From NCBI GenBank assembly GCA_030248215.1, contig JASANG010002509.1:434001-498000 (forward strand): a DNA stretch of 64,000 nucleotides, read 5' to 3'. Shown in pieces: positions 1 to 12,867 of the stretch (positions are counted from its first letter, which is position 1; every line of letters starts with the position of its first letter). The translations under genes were made by a program, and so were the position numbers. The stretch is from Enoplolaimus lenunculus. Taxonomy: Eukaryota. The notes below the pieces were generated by a model that made no database searches, was not told the DNA's origin, and saw only the letters and a program-made list of their open reading frames with translations.

Positions 1-979
1 GCTCGAAAACATCACGCTTTGGTGCGGTCGTAGTGACAGATCTCTATCATTAACATACTGGCAGGTCTAACACTGTGCGGCTACACAACGGTGCCGATTA
101 AACCCCGTTACCCAATCATATCCCAAAGTTCATGAAAATCGAGTTTACATGAAAAGGGATTTTCGGTTGCCTTGCCTGCCATACGGCCTATGCGGTGTAT
201 ACATGCCTGTCGCATGTAGGCTACGTACAGCTTAAGGCGTTTCTGACAACCTTGCGGCCATAAAACACATGACACATTGCGCTGCACCGGCGCGTTCAAA
301 AACGCACACATTCTGCTCTTTGAAAATGGGTAATTTCAAATGGCATTTCTGAAAAGAAAAATGCCGCCTCTGCAAGATTCGGTAGAGCTTCACAGGAGAA
401 GGATATATGAAATGAGGAAACATCAGCCAGCAAACAAACGTCGACAGAACGAAAAACGAGAGAAAGTCAATTCTGTGTTGACGGGAAACGATCCTGCAAC
501 AAAACATAACGCAAAAAGAGTATATAAAGAACCATACAATGCATTGCAAACCAGCTATATATTTACTTTAAACCTCGTGCCACTATAAATTTTAATTTTT
601 TATCGTCATGGTATAACCATTTTTGTACGTTTCGCAAAGCACGTCTTCAGTAATTTTGCGAAAGACAAAGAAAATCAAATAGCAGGGTGAATCAAATAGC
701 AGGGTGCCACGTGGAATTGGTATCAGTATCGTATGTAACAGCAAACTTATACCTGAATCGGGACTACAAACTTTGAGACTATACGGATAACTTTATTTAC
801 AAGTATAATATTGATTCAGAATGTCTGTTGGCTGGCAACAATTTTAAAAACGTCGCATCAACCAACATAATGAAGGCGATTTTTTGTACTGAAAAGCTAA
901 ATTACAAGTTTAAAATTAAAATTGTCAAAATTTCGATTCCGCTTGATTGTGCGGTCGGCATCGGAATTCCGGTTGCACC

Positions 980-1640
980 CAGGGTGCGACCGGATATTAA
1001 TTTACCAGATCAAAATGTTAAAGAAGCTCACTTGTAAAAAGCAGTTCTATGACATTCGGCACCACCGTAAATATCCAGGATCTGATAGGTTTATACTAGG
1101 GAACGACCGGATCCAAAATTTTGTATTTACCGGATGCGAATCCGGATCTTAAAATTTAGATCCGGCCCGGATCCGGATCTTACTAGCTGGATAATTTTTC
1201 AATACCTAACGTATATAAAATAGAAAAAGTTCAACTGATTCTTTCGCAAAATTAGTCAACAAAACTTACAGCCACTAAAAACAAGAAGTCTTTAAAATTT
1301 TTATGTTTGTTCTTCTTCCGCAACAACAGTGGTCTCCACGTGGATGTCATTAACCAGACATTCCAACAAAACATTAATGCTCACACAGTGCTTATTAGAT
1401 TACGTACGATAGTTGAAATACATACACCAATTTTGGTATGTTTTTATTTGTATATCAAATTTCGGATCCGGAGATCCAGTAGTTTATTTCACCGGATCCG
1501 GATCTTAAAAATTGCAGAGATCCGTCCCGGATCCGGACCTTGGATCCGGTCGATCCCTAGTTTATACCGACCGGAACCTGACACGGATACCAGTTTTTTA
1601 CCGGATAGTAAACCGGAACCGGACATCCGGTGGCACCCTG
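980..1640. mobile_element. hAT-like MITE inserted in the TIR of the outer element
   Basis: TIRs CAGGGTGCGACCGGAT / ATCCGGTGGCACCCTG; flanks gttgcacc/gctgcaca (6/8). Confidence 0.65.
1097..1559. mobile_element. hAT-like MITE (TAGGG...CCCTA), innermost element
   Basis: TIRs TAGGGAACGACCGGATCC / GGATCCGGTCGATCCCTA; exact 8-bp TSD gtttatac; subterminal CCGGAT repeats. Confidence 0.85.
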
Positions 1641-4319
1641 GCTGCACACTGCCAAATAGGTACCCATAAGCTGCATGTACCGGTGCACGGCACGCCATGG
1701 AAACTATATATCTTTACTGCCTATAGTTTATTTGGTAGGCAATGCAATACGCAGAACATTTGCTTTAGCTTTAAACACATGGTCAGGGTGAGTATTTGCC
1801 GCAGCTGCCCACCCCATGACATGCATAAGATTTTTCTTACCTAGAACATAATTTTCATAGCAAGCCAATGATCAGTCAAAGGAATAGCTTTAGCTGTCTC
1901 TGGAAAATATACGTATTTACTTATATTCAATTTCAAATTCTTTTAACCGGTGCATTAAAAATAGCTTTTAACAACGTTTTCGTTTTACATAAATCATATT
2001 CCTACAAAATTGAACTGGTTTTAATTCCACTCAATCAAAGTGTGCCAGTGTCTTAATATAAGTACAATATTACGTTTATCATTAAGGCATATCTATATTA
2101 GAGTTGCCCCGGCGCCAAAATGTTTGCCGGGCCCGGGACTAGGTCCGGTGCCGGAGCCGATACCCACCGGGGCCAAGCTACAACACGTAAAGATAACTAT
2201 CAACATGAGCGGCGATATACTAATACGTATATTGTGGCTAACAGTTGGAAATCTATATATTATGTAGTTTCTACAGCAAACCTTAGGAAATTAAAAAATG
2301 CCATGTGCAGTAATTTCTGGTGATTTTCATATTTTTGTAACAAGACCGAGGGGGATTGGATTGGTTTTCATGCCAGTTAATTAAGAATCGATAAAAACTG
2401 GCCCCGCGTAGGCCTCGACAAATAACGTGCTGGCTCCGACCCCGGAGCATCTTTATACTACGTATATACGGAATTAAACATGTTACTGTTATGTAAGGCG
2501 AAAAATTTGTGTTTTCATACTTAGTATAATTTTCGTAAAATTTGCTAAAACACACGTAATTTAAATGCTTAAAAACTATATAAAATTTAGCTCTTAACTG
2601 ATCATTTTTCTAAAAACCTTGAAATTCCTCTTCCGGCGTAATGAAAATATGGTGCACCGTAAACTTGAGCAGCACGCCTACTTCAGAGCAAAGTTACTTA
2701 GTCCTGGTGTAATCATGGATCGAGAGTTAACAAAGACAAAATCAGCTGCGTATCAATAAGTCATTCGTGGCAGCGTTGTTTCTCACTGATAACAGCGCCG
2801 TTTGCCAACAATCGAACAGAATAATGCAGAAAATTACAGACGACAAAACAAAACATATCTCTTCGCTGGCTGTATTAGTCGTTAGTTGTTTTTCTTCAAC
2901 GCAACCAGTGTTCATCAGCAGCAAATTGCGGCGCAAACAATGTAGATGTGAGATCGAAACGCAGAGGCGGACTTGTGAAATGCAATCGCAACTTGCCAAA
3001 ACGCAATTTTTAATTATAATGTTTCACGGCACAATTCTACACCCATCCCCAAGCAACGATATTAACGAAACGAGCGCGCATATAACAAATTAACTATATT
3101 CCAGCATTAAGAAGATCAATGTTAAGTAGTAAAATATATACCGGTCGTTTAAACTCATTTTGCTTGTTCCATGCATCACTATTTTCGCTGGAATTCTGTC
3201 GGCCATTATGCTGATACGTATATAAGTATAACAAACTAATGTGATTAGTGTAAATTGCTAGCGATATTACCGTACACAATCGGACAGTTATCTGAAATAC
3301 AATCAGCGAATGCATACCTAGGTATATAATGGCACGACCCAGACCGACCACTAGTTTCTTCTAAATTTACAATACATGATTACTTAACCAGAACCACAGG
3401 CTTTTTTACTGTCCACTATGTATCATCGTAATACATCTAGTGCCAAAGCCAAACAATTGCTTAGGACAAAGCAATATTTAAAGAAAATGAAATAATCTAC
3501 TCATACTCCTTACTTTAAAAAATGACTTGCAAAAAGGTCCGACATAAATTTTAGTAAAAACTGACATCAAATGGTACATGCACAATGTAACAAAGTATCA
3601 CACACGGCTACCGTTTAAATCCATCTAGGTAAACAACTTGAAAGTACTTGTAACAGTAACATGGCGTTGAAATACGTATAGCTTAGTCATCCTATTGTTC
3701 TTTACAAAATCGCTAAAGTAGCTAAAAACGATAACTTTTAGAAAATCTGCTTTCAAACATAGGCAGATTGAAATATGTTTTCAATCCATGTTTAAAGTTC
3801 ATGTAAGTGACGCATACAGTCAAAATATAGTTGAGTGCAAAAAGTTAAGTATACTTCGCAGTTCGCTTATAAATTGATATGTTCAAAATGTAAGTAAAAA
3901 AGAACTTAAGTCATTTCTCAACGGCACAGCTACGTTTTAGCAAAAATGCAAATGTTTTGGTTTAATTATGGTGACTTTATAAAATATTGGACGCGACGTA
4001 TTCAATATGTAATTGTAACTAAGTTGAAGTCAGGTGTTTGGATTCATGGTTCCAGATGCAGCATCAACAATAACAATTACTAGCCCGCAGAAAGTGAAGC
4101 TGCGTCATAATAGCGTCTTGAACTAAGAGCTGTTGCAAATTCTCAGTCCATAACTTTAAGTATATTATTTTAGTGTACCCCACATACCACAAATGCTTCG
4201 AACATCTTGAACAATGTGATAGGCACTGGGAATGGTTTGGCTAGGTGCATTTTTGTACAAGTAAAGCTACATGCAACATTCAGCCTGAATTTGCGTTGGG
4301 AAGCACCAGCAGTTTGCAC

Positions 4320-4704
4320 CAGGGTGCAACCGGAATTACAATTTACCGGAACCGGAACCGGAATTTGAAAATTTTACCGGAACCGGAAAATGAAAAATGC
4401 ATTTCACCAAAAATTTCATTTTAATCTTATTTTTTGCTCTATTATTTGTGAAATAACCTTAGTCGAACATAGGTATTTATTTTATTTGTTGTATTTTAGA
4501 TTTTCATCATCGACTGAAGTGAAATCCACCATCAATTGCTTATATTCGGGGTACAAGTGGCTTTCAAAAGAGATTCTTAAAAATTAGCAAAGTTAAGAAA
4601 ACGGCCAAATTATAATACCGGAATTTTTAAATCCGGTAAAAATTTACCGGAACCGGAACCGGAAGGTGAAAAAATGCCGGAAGCGGAATTCCGGTTGCAC
4701 CCTG
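4320..4704. mobile_element. hAT-like MITE (CAGGGTGCAACCGGAAT TIR family)
   Basis: TIRs CAGGGTGCAACCGGAATT / AATTCCGGTTGCACCCTG; exact 8-bp TSD gtttgcac. Confidence 0.88.
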
Positions 4705-5120
4705 GTTTGCACACTTGAATATTTAAATTCAATGAGATGAGGAACCGCCCAGCTTGTTGAGTCTCACGGTCTGTACGAGATTATGTTCGTATTTATTGTT
4801 TTTGACGCCGTTTTTGTTGCGGTATAAATGTTTCTGTAGGAACTGTATTTTACAGAAACAGAATTTGTTTTTTTTCACCGGAATAGAAATTGAGAAGATA
4901 TTACATCGCCGAAATAAATCTAATTGACACTATAAAACTACGTACAGCATTCAACCATGTTTGTTTATTGTATTTGTGTATCAATAAAGTGGAAGTTGGA
5001 AATAGGACTGCATTGTAAGTATGTGAGACATACTTGTCCTTGTGCATATGCAATAAATGCAGTGCACATTGTGGTGTACGGTCGACAGATATAGTCGACG
5101 AACAAGGCAGTTGGAGAGGC

Positions 5121-5310
5121 GGGCTACGTGGCGCAGTGGTAGAGTGCTCGCTTAATGATCCATAGGCTGAGAGTTCGATCCCCGCTCTAGCCCGCTTTTC
5201 CAGCTGCTTAGTAAAAGGTCTGATGTCCCGGTTCCTACCTAGACTGACATGCATGAAGCATAACTGAAGCCTCCATTTCCAACTTCCTTCCTTTCTTTCT
5301 TTCTTTCTTT
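5121..5310 (+). mobile_element. tRNA-derived SINE-like element
   Basis: A box TGGCGCAGTGG (5129-5139), B box GTTCGATCC (5173-5181) and GGGCTA/TAGCCC acceptor-stem pairing. The anticodon arm is poor. An unrelated body and a (CTTT)n tail follow. Confidence 0.7.
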
Positions 5311-5418
5311 CAACCGGGCTTTGTAATAATAAGCACGCTGTGACATGCGGATGCATGGAGGCAAAATGAAACCTCAAGCTAAATGCTTAAAAACAGAAAA
5401 ACTTAGCAGTTTATTGTT

Positions 5419-5510
5419 AGGCGGCGTGGCTCAGGCTAGCGCGCTGGCCCGATAATCTGTCGACCGAGTTCGGAACCGGGGGACGTCCCTCATTTTCAGC
5501 TGCTAAGTTT
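5419..5510 (+). mobile_element. degenerate tRNA-like/SINE head
   Basis: TGGCTCAGGC and GTTCGGAACC boxes, followed by ttttcagctgctaag, which resembles the post-head ttttccagctgcttag of the 5121 element. Confidence 0.4.
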
Positions 5511-7226
5511 GAACTAAAAACCGTCGTACCATAGCCTACCCAACGTGTCACACGCGCAAGTAGTTCGCACAATTGAATTCAGTGAGTAGCCGCCCAAGCC
5601 TTGACTGTGTTTTTGCAACGGAATAACAATATAACAAATCATTTATTAATTTCATAAGAAAAAGTGGAGCAACATGGCAAAAAAAGTATTCCGGTATAAA
5701 TTTGCTGTACCGATTCCGATTCCGGTATAATCCAGTTCCGGTTTGCATGCAATCTACGCCTACATTTCTAAGCAAAATTTTAAAAAAACTACCAGCATTC
5801 AGAAGTTAATTTTTGTTTCTACGTTGAAACTCATAATATGCCAAGAAACCATAAAAACTCCTTTTCCTGCGTCTTTGAATGTCGTTAAAAGAATTTTAAT
5901 TTAGCAGGATTTTCTGCCAGAACAGCAATTCCGGCAGAACCCTGATATTATGTGTAGGTATGTATACGTACTTATATGTATAATAATATACGTATAACAT
6001 ATATAGTATTATATGTATGTAACTTATTTGGCTGTGCTGCAAAACTTCAATGGTTATGATAACTTGGCCTTAACATTTGCGCAAAATGTACATTTGCTTA
6101 GTGCTCTGGATCCAAATAATCTTGTCTTGATTATCTATCCAATCGTTGAACTATTGTCGTGAAACCAAACCAACCGGGGCCAAGTTAGAACACGTAAAGA
6201 GGAGATCTTCCTCACTAAATATTCCATGGGGTGATCATAGATGATCCCAAAGAATCACACGTTTCAAATTGCGACACAAGATATGCGTTATTTCTGTCCC
6301 TCAAACTGTCTTGTTTCTATGCAATGGCCAGTGCACCTTCACTATTATTTTGTGTCTTAGAACAATTAGAACAAACTCTAGTGTAACTTTTTATCTGATT
6401 GTAAAACCATATTCCACGTTCGAACAATTGTATTGCTCTGGCTTTGCGCGTTCGAATGAGCTCAAATTTGCCTGCGTGTTCTGACATTTTGTTTTTACTA
6501 AATTTTCTTTCCGGGGGATCAAAAGGTCGCGTTTTACGCGCATTTCTTCTAAAGATACACATTTTTCAGAAGAGAATTGAGCGTGATAGGTTTGTTTTTC
6601 ATGCGAGTCATTTAAGGATTATATATAGAAACTGCTCGCGAAGCATTCCTGAAGAACGTGCCTTAAGCGAGTTTTCCACGACTTCTTTTACGTTTTTTTT
6701 TCACACGTATAAAATCACTCACCAAATTTTACAATTTAACAACTCATTATTTAAACTAAACGGGATGAAAGACATGAATTTCGATTTATAATTTTGAAAC
6801 TTCAAAATTTTTAATCTTCAAATGATTTGGCACAACACCGTAACAAATTCCGGTTTCTGCGTTTTGCACTGCGGGAACAGGAACAGGAATCGATTCTCTT
6901 GCAGGAATTCCGGTTGAAACAAGGAATCTGGTTGAACTCTGATATATTTCAAGCGAGAAACGACCGTGATAGGATTATTTTTCATGCGAGTCAATTATGG
7001 ATTTTATATAAAAAATTGCGCATTGATTGTATAGTTAAACTTTAGTATTCCGGAAGTTTAACTCAAAGTCAATCCTATTCACTAGTTTACTTCTATTCAT
7101 TAAGTACGTATGTGTCGATACCAAAAATTTTATGCCGATTAATCGGCACATCCCTACTGTTAGCGCATAAGTTATTATATATTTCAGGTCACCTGGTTTA
7201 TTAACGTAGTTGACGTATAAAGTGTA

Positions 7227-7479
7227 ATGTCGGAATTTTCAGACGATGAAATTAGAGACGCTTTAGTGGAGTGCGGTTTCTCATCAAGTATTAGCAAAGA
7301 CCTGATATCGGGATTTCGCAGAGACTTGGAAAATTTTACGAATGCTGGTGATCCGGCTCTCGACATTTTATCAAACAATGTTACGAAAGAATATGTCTTT
7401 TCAAATGATGTGTCAAAGCAAACAGTTGTTCCTCGTGGAGGCATCTGTCCAAACTGTCGGAAATGCACCGTAGAGTACA
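7227..7479 (+). CDS. hyls-1: HYLS1-like protein, coding exon 1 (3' boundary uncertain)
   Basis: MSEFSDDEIRDALVECGF resembles the HYLS1 N-terminal helix. A TTTCAG acceptor lies 40 nt upstream (7187). A phase-1 donor A|GTACGT at 7480 fits the 8295 acceptor; an alternative donor is at 7494. Confidence 0.6.
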
Positions 7480-7657
7480 GTACGTGTGGCATGGTAATTT
7501 GCGTGGTTTTTATAAAGCATGAGCGTATACTTATAGCATTCGGTTTTTGCTGTTTTTTGCGACTTTATTATTACGTATTTATTTTATTATGAAACAAAAT
7601 TAGTGATCATTCAGCTTGCATGTAAAAGCTATAGCCATGCCTGTGGAACCACTAGTT

Positions 7658-8111
7658 CTGGGTGCAAGCGGAATTACAGTTTACCTGAACCAGAATTTAA
7701 AAAAATACAGGAAACGGAACCGGATGCGGAAAGTGAAAAATACATGCTACCGAAAAAAATTTATTTTAATTTTCTTTTTTGCTGTATTATAATTAATGAA
7801 ATAACATTAATTGAAGATATGTATTGACTTAATCTGCGGTATATTAGATACCTATTCCTTATCAACGGAAGCAAAATCCACGTTCGATGCTTAATTGTCG
7901 GTGATTCTCAAGGTTTATGTACGATACTAAAATTGAATCTATTTCAGTTCTATTGTCACTAATTGAACAGGTGGGTTTAAAAAGCCTTCTTAAAGTTTAG
8001 CAAATTTTAAAAACGACAAAATTTAATATTATCGGATTTTTAATTTCGGTAAAAATTTGCCGTAACCGCAAGGTGAGAAAATGCCGGAACCGGAATTACG
8101 GTTGCACCCCG
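7658..8111. mobile_element. hAT-like MITE, same family as 4320-4704, in hyls-1 intron 1
   Basis: Degenerate CAGGGTGCAACCGGAAT TIRs; internal sequence aligns by eye with 4320-4704. Confidence 0.75.
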
Positions 8112-8294
8112 TATTCAGTTTTGTGTTTTGGAAACTGAGCGTGAAAATACGCAAAGCCCTGTTTTGACCAATCTTCGAGAACATGCAAAGATTTACTATT
8201 TGAATTGGAGCGCGAGTGCAATAAGAATTTATAATGTATTAATTGTATAACTTAATGTATCGCAACACCGTTGTATACAGCTTTGGTATTTCAG

Positions 8295-8644
8295 GCGACG
8301 AATTAGCAGAACGTCGTCTTGCGAATAACCCAACATGTAAATATGTCTTGACCGCTACTCAGAATGGAAATGCAACATCACATAATGACTGTTCAAACAC
8401 TGTGGAAAATCAAAAACGGTCTGAAACTTATCAGAGGTCGAATTGTATCATCGAACCCAGGAAATCTGGGGCCATTTCCCGCCCCGATAAAACCCGAGTG
8501 TTGCTCGACGAAGCACGAAACTATCTCGATCGTCTCACAAGATGGAAGTTGGATATTGATTGGGAAAATGCAGCCGCACCTCTCGATATGTTATGCGATC
8601 ATCCAATGGTGACTAAACAAGGTTCTGCAGAAGCAATTGCTCAG
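8295..8644 (+). CDS. hyls-1: HYLS1-like protein, coding exon 2 (5' boundary uncertain)
   Basis: TATTTCAG acceptor; open frame DELAERR...GSAEAIAQ; phase-0 donor CAG|GT at 8645 matches exon 3. Confidence 0.65.
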
Positions 8645-8958
8645 GTTTAATTTTTATGCCTTGTGTGAGAACGCTATCAGGATGGCATGGTCTAATTCTT
8701 ATGAACTCTCCCCAGGTTGTATGCTTTAGCAAAATATGGATTGGCATGTTCTAAGACACACCGACACACCAGTCCACTGATCGGTTTGTTCTTGCTACCT
8801 ACGTATTTGTCTCGTATTCAACGGGTTTTATTTAATTTAGCTGTAAACGTTTTTATCTTAATTTTTAGAGCGATTGCATTTAGATCTAGTACAAAACTTT
8901 GTCGGAATCTTGTACGTATGTAGGTAATTATTGCTAAAATATGGCTCATGCATTTTAG

Positions 8959-9141
8959 GCAGCCACTGATTTACGCAAAAATATTCGTGACGCTGGGTTG
9001 AGCACTCGTGAGGCTCATATTCCATTGGTTGATTTCGCAAATTACGTTAGTTCCTTGGAACGTAGCCGTCGTGAAGGTGCCATGGCGCCGCATCCTGTAC
9101 GAACGGTTGTAAATCCCGAACCTGGAACGCTCGCCGTTAAG
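8959..9141 (+). CDS. hyls-1: HYLS1-like protein, coding exon 3
   Basis: TTTTAG acceptor, 61 open codons (AATDLRKNIR...PEPGTLAVK), AAG|GTACGT donor, phase 0/0. Absent from the ORF track. Confidence 0.8.
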
Positions 9142-9685
9142 GTACGTATGCTGAAACATTTTTCGTGTTACTCTTAACGACTGTTCACTTTATGTCTAAA
9201 ACCACCAAATGAAGTGTCTGTTCAGAGCTGTTTGGACCGTTTCGTGTACGTGATACCTATTTGTTATATAATTTGAGTGAAACAATAAAACTTGGGAGTA
9301 TTCCTAAATTGTTTTTCAACGGTTTGCCTTAGGTTGAATGCGAGTTACGTTGCATTTGTCTTGATCAAAGTGTTTGTAAAGTATAGCATTTGAGTGTTAT
9401 TTCAAAATTTGAACGGCATGCGTTGTTTACCATGTTTAAGATCAACATTTAGCAACAATGAAAAAATTATTTCAATATTCTTTAAGCGATTTAAACTTTT
9501 ATGTGGTTTTTGGTCATTGTTTTTTTGGTAGGAACAAGTGTTTTGTTAAAGTATTTCTGATTAAAATTTTACAGAGTGCATAAAAAAATATTTTATGCTC
9601 ATTTCAAAATCTAATTGCTCATAAATATTGTTGCTCGCGTAGCATTTCTCGTTTTGTTACAATCTGCTCGTTTTCACTGTTATAG

Positions 9686-9841
9686 CATGATCCCGTTGCG
9701 CGATATGCTGAATACCGACACGAATGGGAACGCCGACCGCCACCAGGCGCATCTCCTCATCGGCAATTGAGGTGGAAAATCCGTGAATACATGATGCGAA
9801 TTGATGCCCCGGTTGCGAAGTTTGGGCCTACAACAGCATAA
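9686..9841 (+). CDS. hyls-1: HYLS1-like protein, last exon (HYLS1 C-terminal box)
   Basis: Translates HDPVARYAEYRHEWERRPPPGASPHRQLRWKIREYMMR...TTA*, matching the HYLS1 box pattern DxVARYxEY..W...PG.....LRW.(V/I)RE.M. Confidence 0.85.
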   Translation, partial: HDPVARYAEYRHEWERRPPPGASPHRQLRWKIREYMMRIDAPVAKFGPTTA

Positions 9842-10803
9842 CGGATTTTTCGTCATATAGGGGTATCTGGTCTGTGAACCGCGAAATTACAGTCATTTGT
9901 TTGCTACTAAACTAATGCGTTTTACTGCCAGATCCAGAACTAATACTACTTATTACTGCCAGTTGTTTGTGCTGTGTATTTTCGTTCACTTAGGCACGTA
10001 TAATATGTAAACGAACTTTATGGTTTAACAAAGATTAGATGAACACTCCATGACAAGAGTGCAACAGAGTACATTCTGTGTAGATCACAATGTTGCCAGC
10101 GCACGTTACATTTTCGGCCCACCTCCTCATTTATGGGGTGGAGTACGTTGCACCAATATTTCCATTTACCCAAGGTCGATTTGATTATATTCTTAAAGGC
10201 TATATTTACTGTGTGGTTCAAGTTGTGATTACGCGTTGAAAATAAATGGGAATCGGGGGAAAACGCAACCCGCGCTGGTACATTTGGAACCATGTAGAAT
10301 TCAAGTAGTTGAACACTCTTGTCCAAAAGTGATATTTTACTCGTGGTTTAACCCTACGCAGATGCAGGCTAATTTGACTGCTGTGGAATTAGTTTTTCAG
10401 ATATGTGTTGTAGTTATCGTTACTTGCCAAAGTATTGTAAACTGTATAGCGTACAACACGTAGTAGCAGTTTCTCAGTATTTTATGAAAGCTTCAGTAGT
10501 TTTTTCGTTTGGATATGTCACTTTTCACTGTTATTGTTCACTATCACTGTTTTTGTTTTGTTATTTGATACAGAGCATAAATCGCTGATACGAGCGACTT
10601 GTTCGTTCTACTGGGGCGTAGGAAGTTTCGAGTTTGCGAGTTAGTTTCGATTTTGTGTTTGCGTGCGGAATCTGTATATGGGTTTTGTTTCCATAACGTG
10701 TATATAGCTCAAAATAAGTTTGATATAAGTATATTTTGTGGCTTTTTATAGTGCGTAAATTTTATTGCCCATTTGAACATTAATTTTGATTAACACTGTT
10801 CAC

Positions 10804-11142
10804 CAGGGTACAACCATAGATCTGCCGCCGGCTCCGTTAGAAAATCGACCTCCGGCTCCGGCAGAATTATTGTCGGAAGTGACCGGAAATTTCGGTATTG
10901 AAATTTGTGCATAGTTTTACAAAATCAATATGTTTGACGCGTTTCGTTTTAACGTTTGGTACAATTTTGGTGGAGCATTGACGAGATTTCGTAAACAATG
11001 TTTATAATAACCTAACAACACATAGCTATTTGATAAAATTAACAAATTAAACATTTTAACTATCTAATTTTGCCTCACCTCCGGCTCCGGCAAGTTTTAT
11101 TGACCTCCGGCTCCGGTATTTTTTACCTCCGGTTGCAACCTG
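10804..11142. mobile_element. hAT-like MITE (CCGGAG-rich subfamily)
   Basis: CAGGGTACAACC / GGTTGCAACCTG termini; TSD ctgttcac/ctgtttac (7/8). Confidence 0.75.
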
Positions 11143-11373
11143 CTGTTTACATTCCAATGCTATATATGTGCGTTTTTACGACTATTATAATACTCATCGT
11201 TAATAGTTTTAATAACACTACTTAACATATGACATCAACTTTTTTAACATTATGCTTATTGTGTAAAATATTGATGCAGTAAATCATTAATAGTGCATCT
11301 TCTCAGTAAATAAAAATTTTGAGCGATCTGCCATCTTTTAAGATGAATTTAAGTGAAATTTGGATATGGCTAA

Positions 11374-11733
11374 CGGTGTACAACCGGAGGTCTGCCTCCG
11401 GCTTCTGCAAAAATCGGCATCCGGCTCCAGTAAAATTTTTGCCGGAGGTTACGACAATCTCGGTAGTAAAGTTTTGCATAAAATTTTGCATAATTTTGTA
11501 AAATTTACCTGTTTAGCGCGTTTCGTTTTTGCTTTTGTGACAATTTTCAGGAAAGAGTCTCGAAATTTCACAGAAAAATAGTGTAAAACCAAACAACTTG
11601 AAAACATATTGCAGATATTGGCTAAAATTAACTAATTAACCATCATTTTACTACCTAATTCCGCCTCAGCTCCGGCTTCTGCAAGTTTCGTCGTCCTCCG
11701 GTTCCGGTATTATTCACCTCTGGTTCCATCATG
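11374..11733. mobile_element. hAT-like MITE (CCGGAG-rich subfamily), second copy
   Basis: Colinear similarity to 10804-11142. Confidence 0.7.
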
Positions 11734-12350
11734 GTATTAAGCGTTCTTATATTAAAAGTTTCCATGGTTAAGAAAATGATAGTGTCTTATTAAAGTTGAG
11801 CTGGAGCCCCAAAAGGGAATCTTTTTAACGTTCCCATTTGTCGTAGTGTTGCTAGCTCTGCTGTCGATGCACCATTTTATTAGATGCAATAAAACAAGTA
11901 GCATTCGAAGACTTAGCTTTAGGCTATATACAATGCAAATTTTGGCCCGTACACCACTTTGCAGTAAGTTCCAACAAATTTGTTTATCGAAGCACGGACA
12001 GAAACGTTTTTATAAACTTTAAGTTGCTTCGTCTTAATTTTAGTCCTTAAAGTTTTGTTTACTGTTTCGTTGTTTAAAACTCTATTGAGGTATACGTTAT
12101 TTCGTGTAGCTTCTAAGGTGTTTGGTTTTTATTATATAGCAGGACCGCAGACAGCTCAGCCTACTAAGTTGAGGCCAGAATGCTTAGAGGAGTGCCGTGT
12201 GGTTGATTTTACAATTCAAATAAGCTAGTCATTGAAAAATTTGTGGCGACGGGCAAGGGCTGAACATTTCGAATGGTGACCTTATGGCTATACCGGTTCA
12301 TATAAGAGGGGCTTTTTGATTAATGGTATTGATCGCATTACTTTGTAGTT

Positions 12351-12490
12351 AACCCATTTATGGAACAGGGCCGGATCGTTTTCCGGCGGGGCTGTAATAC
12401 AGTCAGTTTAAGCGTTAGACTAACTTTTTCGCGTAGGCTTAGGCTTAGGAATAGGCTCATCCTTACGCTTAGGCTTAGGCGTAGGAATAT
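12351..12490. mobile_element. truncated TTAGGC-carrying MITE (subfamily A)
   Basis: One degenerate TIR (..CCCATTTATGGAACAGGGCCGGATCG) followed by TTAGGC repeats. Confidence 0.7.
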
Positions 12491-12867
12491 GAATTTCAAA
12501 TTTTTGTACGGCAAGCTGATTATTTTTGCCACAAATATATACAAACTATTTATTTATTTATTTAAAATATTTGCTTTCATTTTTGTACATTGGTGGTACT
12601 CCATAATTCAATACTTTACATTAAGGAAAGTCACGTTGAAAGGTACTGTTTTTTTTAATTTTAATTGTGAAAAAATCTAAACAGTAGTCAATCGTTGATC
12701 AAAAATTAAAAAATAATAAATGTCAATAAAACCATAAAGCGAAATGCGAACAGGACAAGCGTCAATTGACGATAGTAAGAACCACATTGCCAAACGCAAA
12801 ATAAGCTGGCCTATTAACGAATTTTAGGCATCGAAACAAACTAAGCCCTTAATATCATATATAAATA

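Larger units (their letters stand above)
700..1651. mobile_element. hAT-like MITE (CAGGGTG termini), outer element of a 3-level nest
   Basis: Starts CAGGGTGCC and ends with a disrupted GGTTGCACC/..CACTG. Flanks tcaaatag/ccaaatag (7/8) fit an 8-bp TSD. A related sequence lies in reverse orientation at ~19345-19700. Confidence 0.6.

Noticed and set aside
108..588. Short ORFs and a minus-strand TTTTCAG acceptor near 349
   Set aside because: This could be a terminal exon of a gene, but there is no recognisable homology or partner exon, so it cannot be supported.
828..1844. Pro/Gly/Arg-rich ORFs in CCGGAT-rich DNA
   Set aside because: They lie within nested MITEs and contain no transposase motifs. 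No autonomous transposase was recognised anywhere in the window.
5121..5195. Functional tRNA gene
   Set aside because: The anticodon arm does not pair convincingly, and a SINE-like body and tail follow.
8717..8923. Extra hyls-1 exon (LYALAKYG...)
   Set aside because: It is phase-incompatible with the 8644 donor (which would give an early stop), and exon 2 joins exon 3 cleanly without it.
11757..11771. X-box-like GTTTCCATGGTTAA
   Set aside because: The right half is imperfect and it lies downstream of, not upstream of, the ciliary gene hyls-1.
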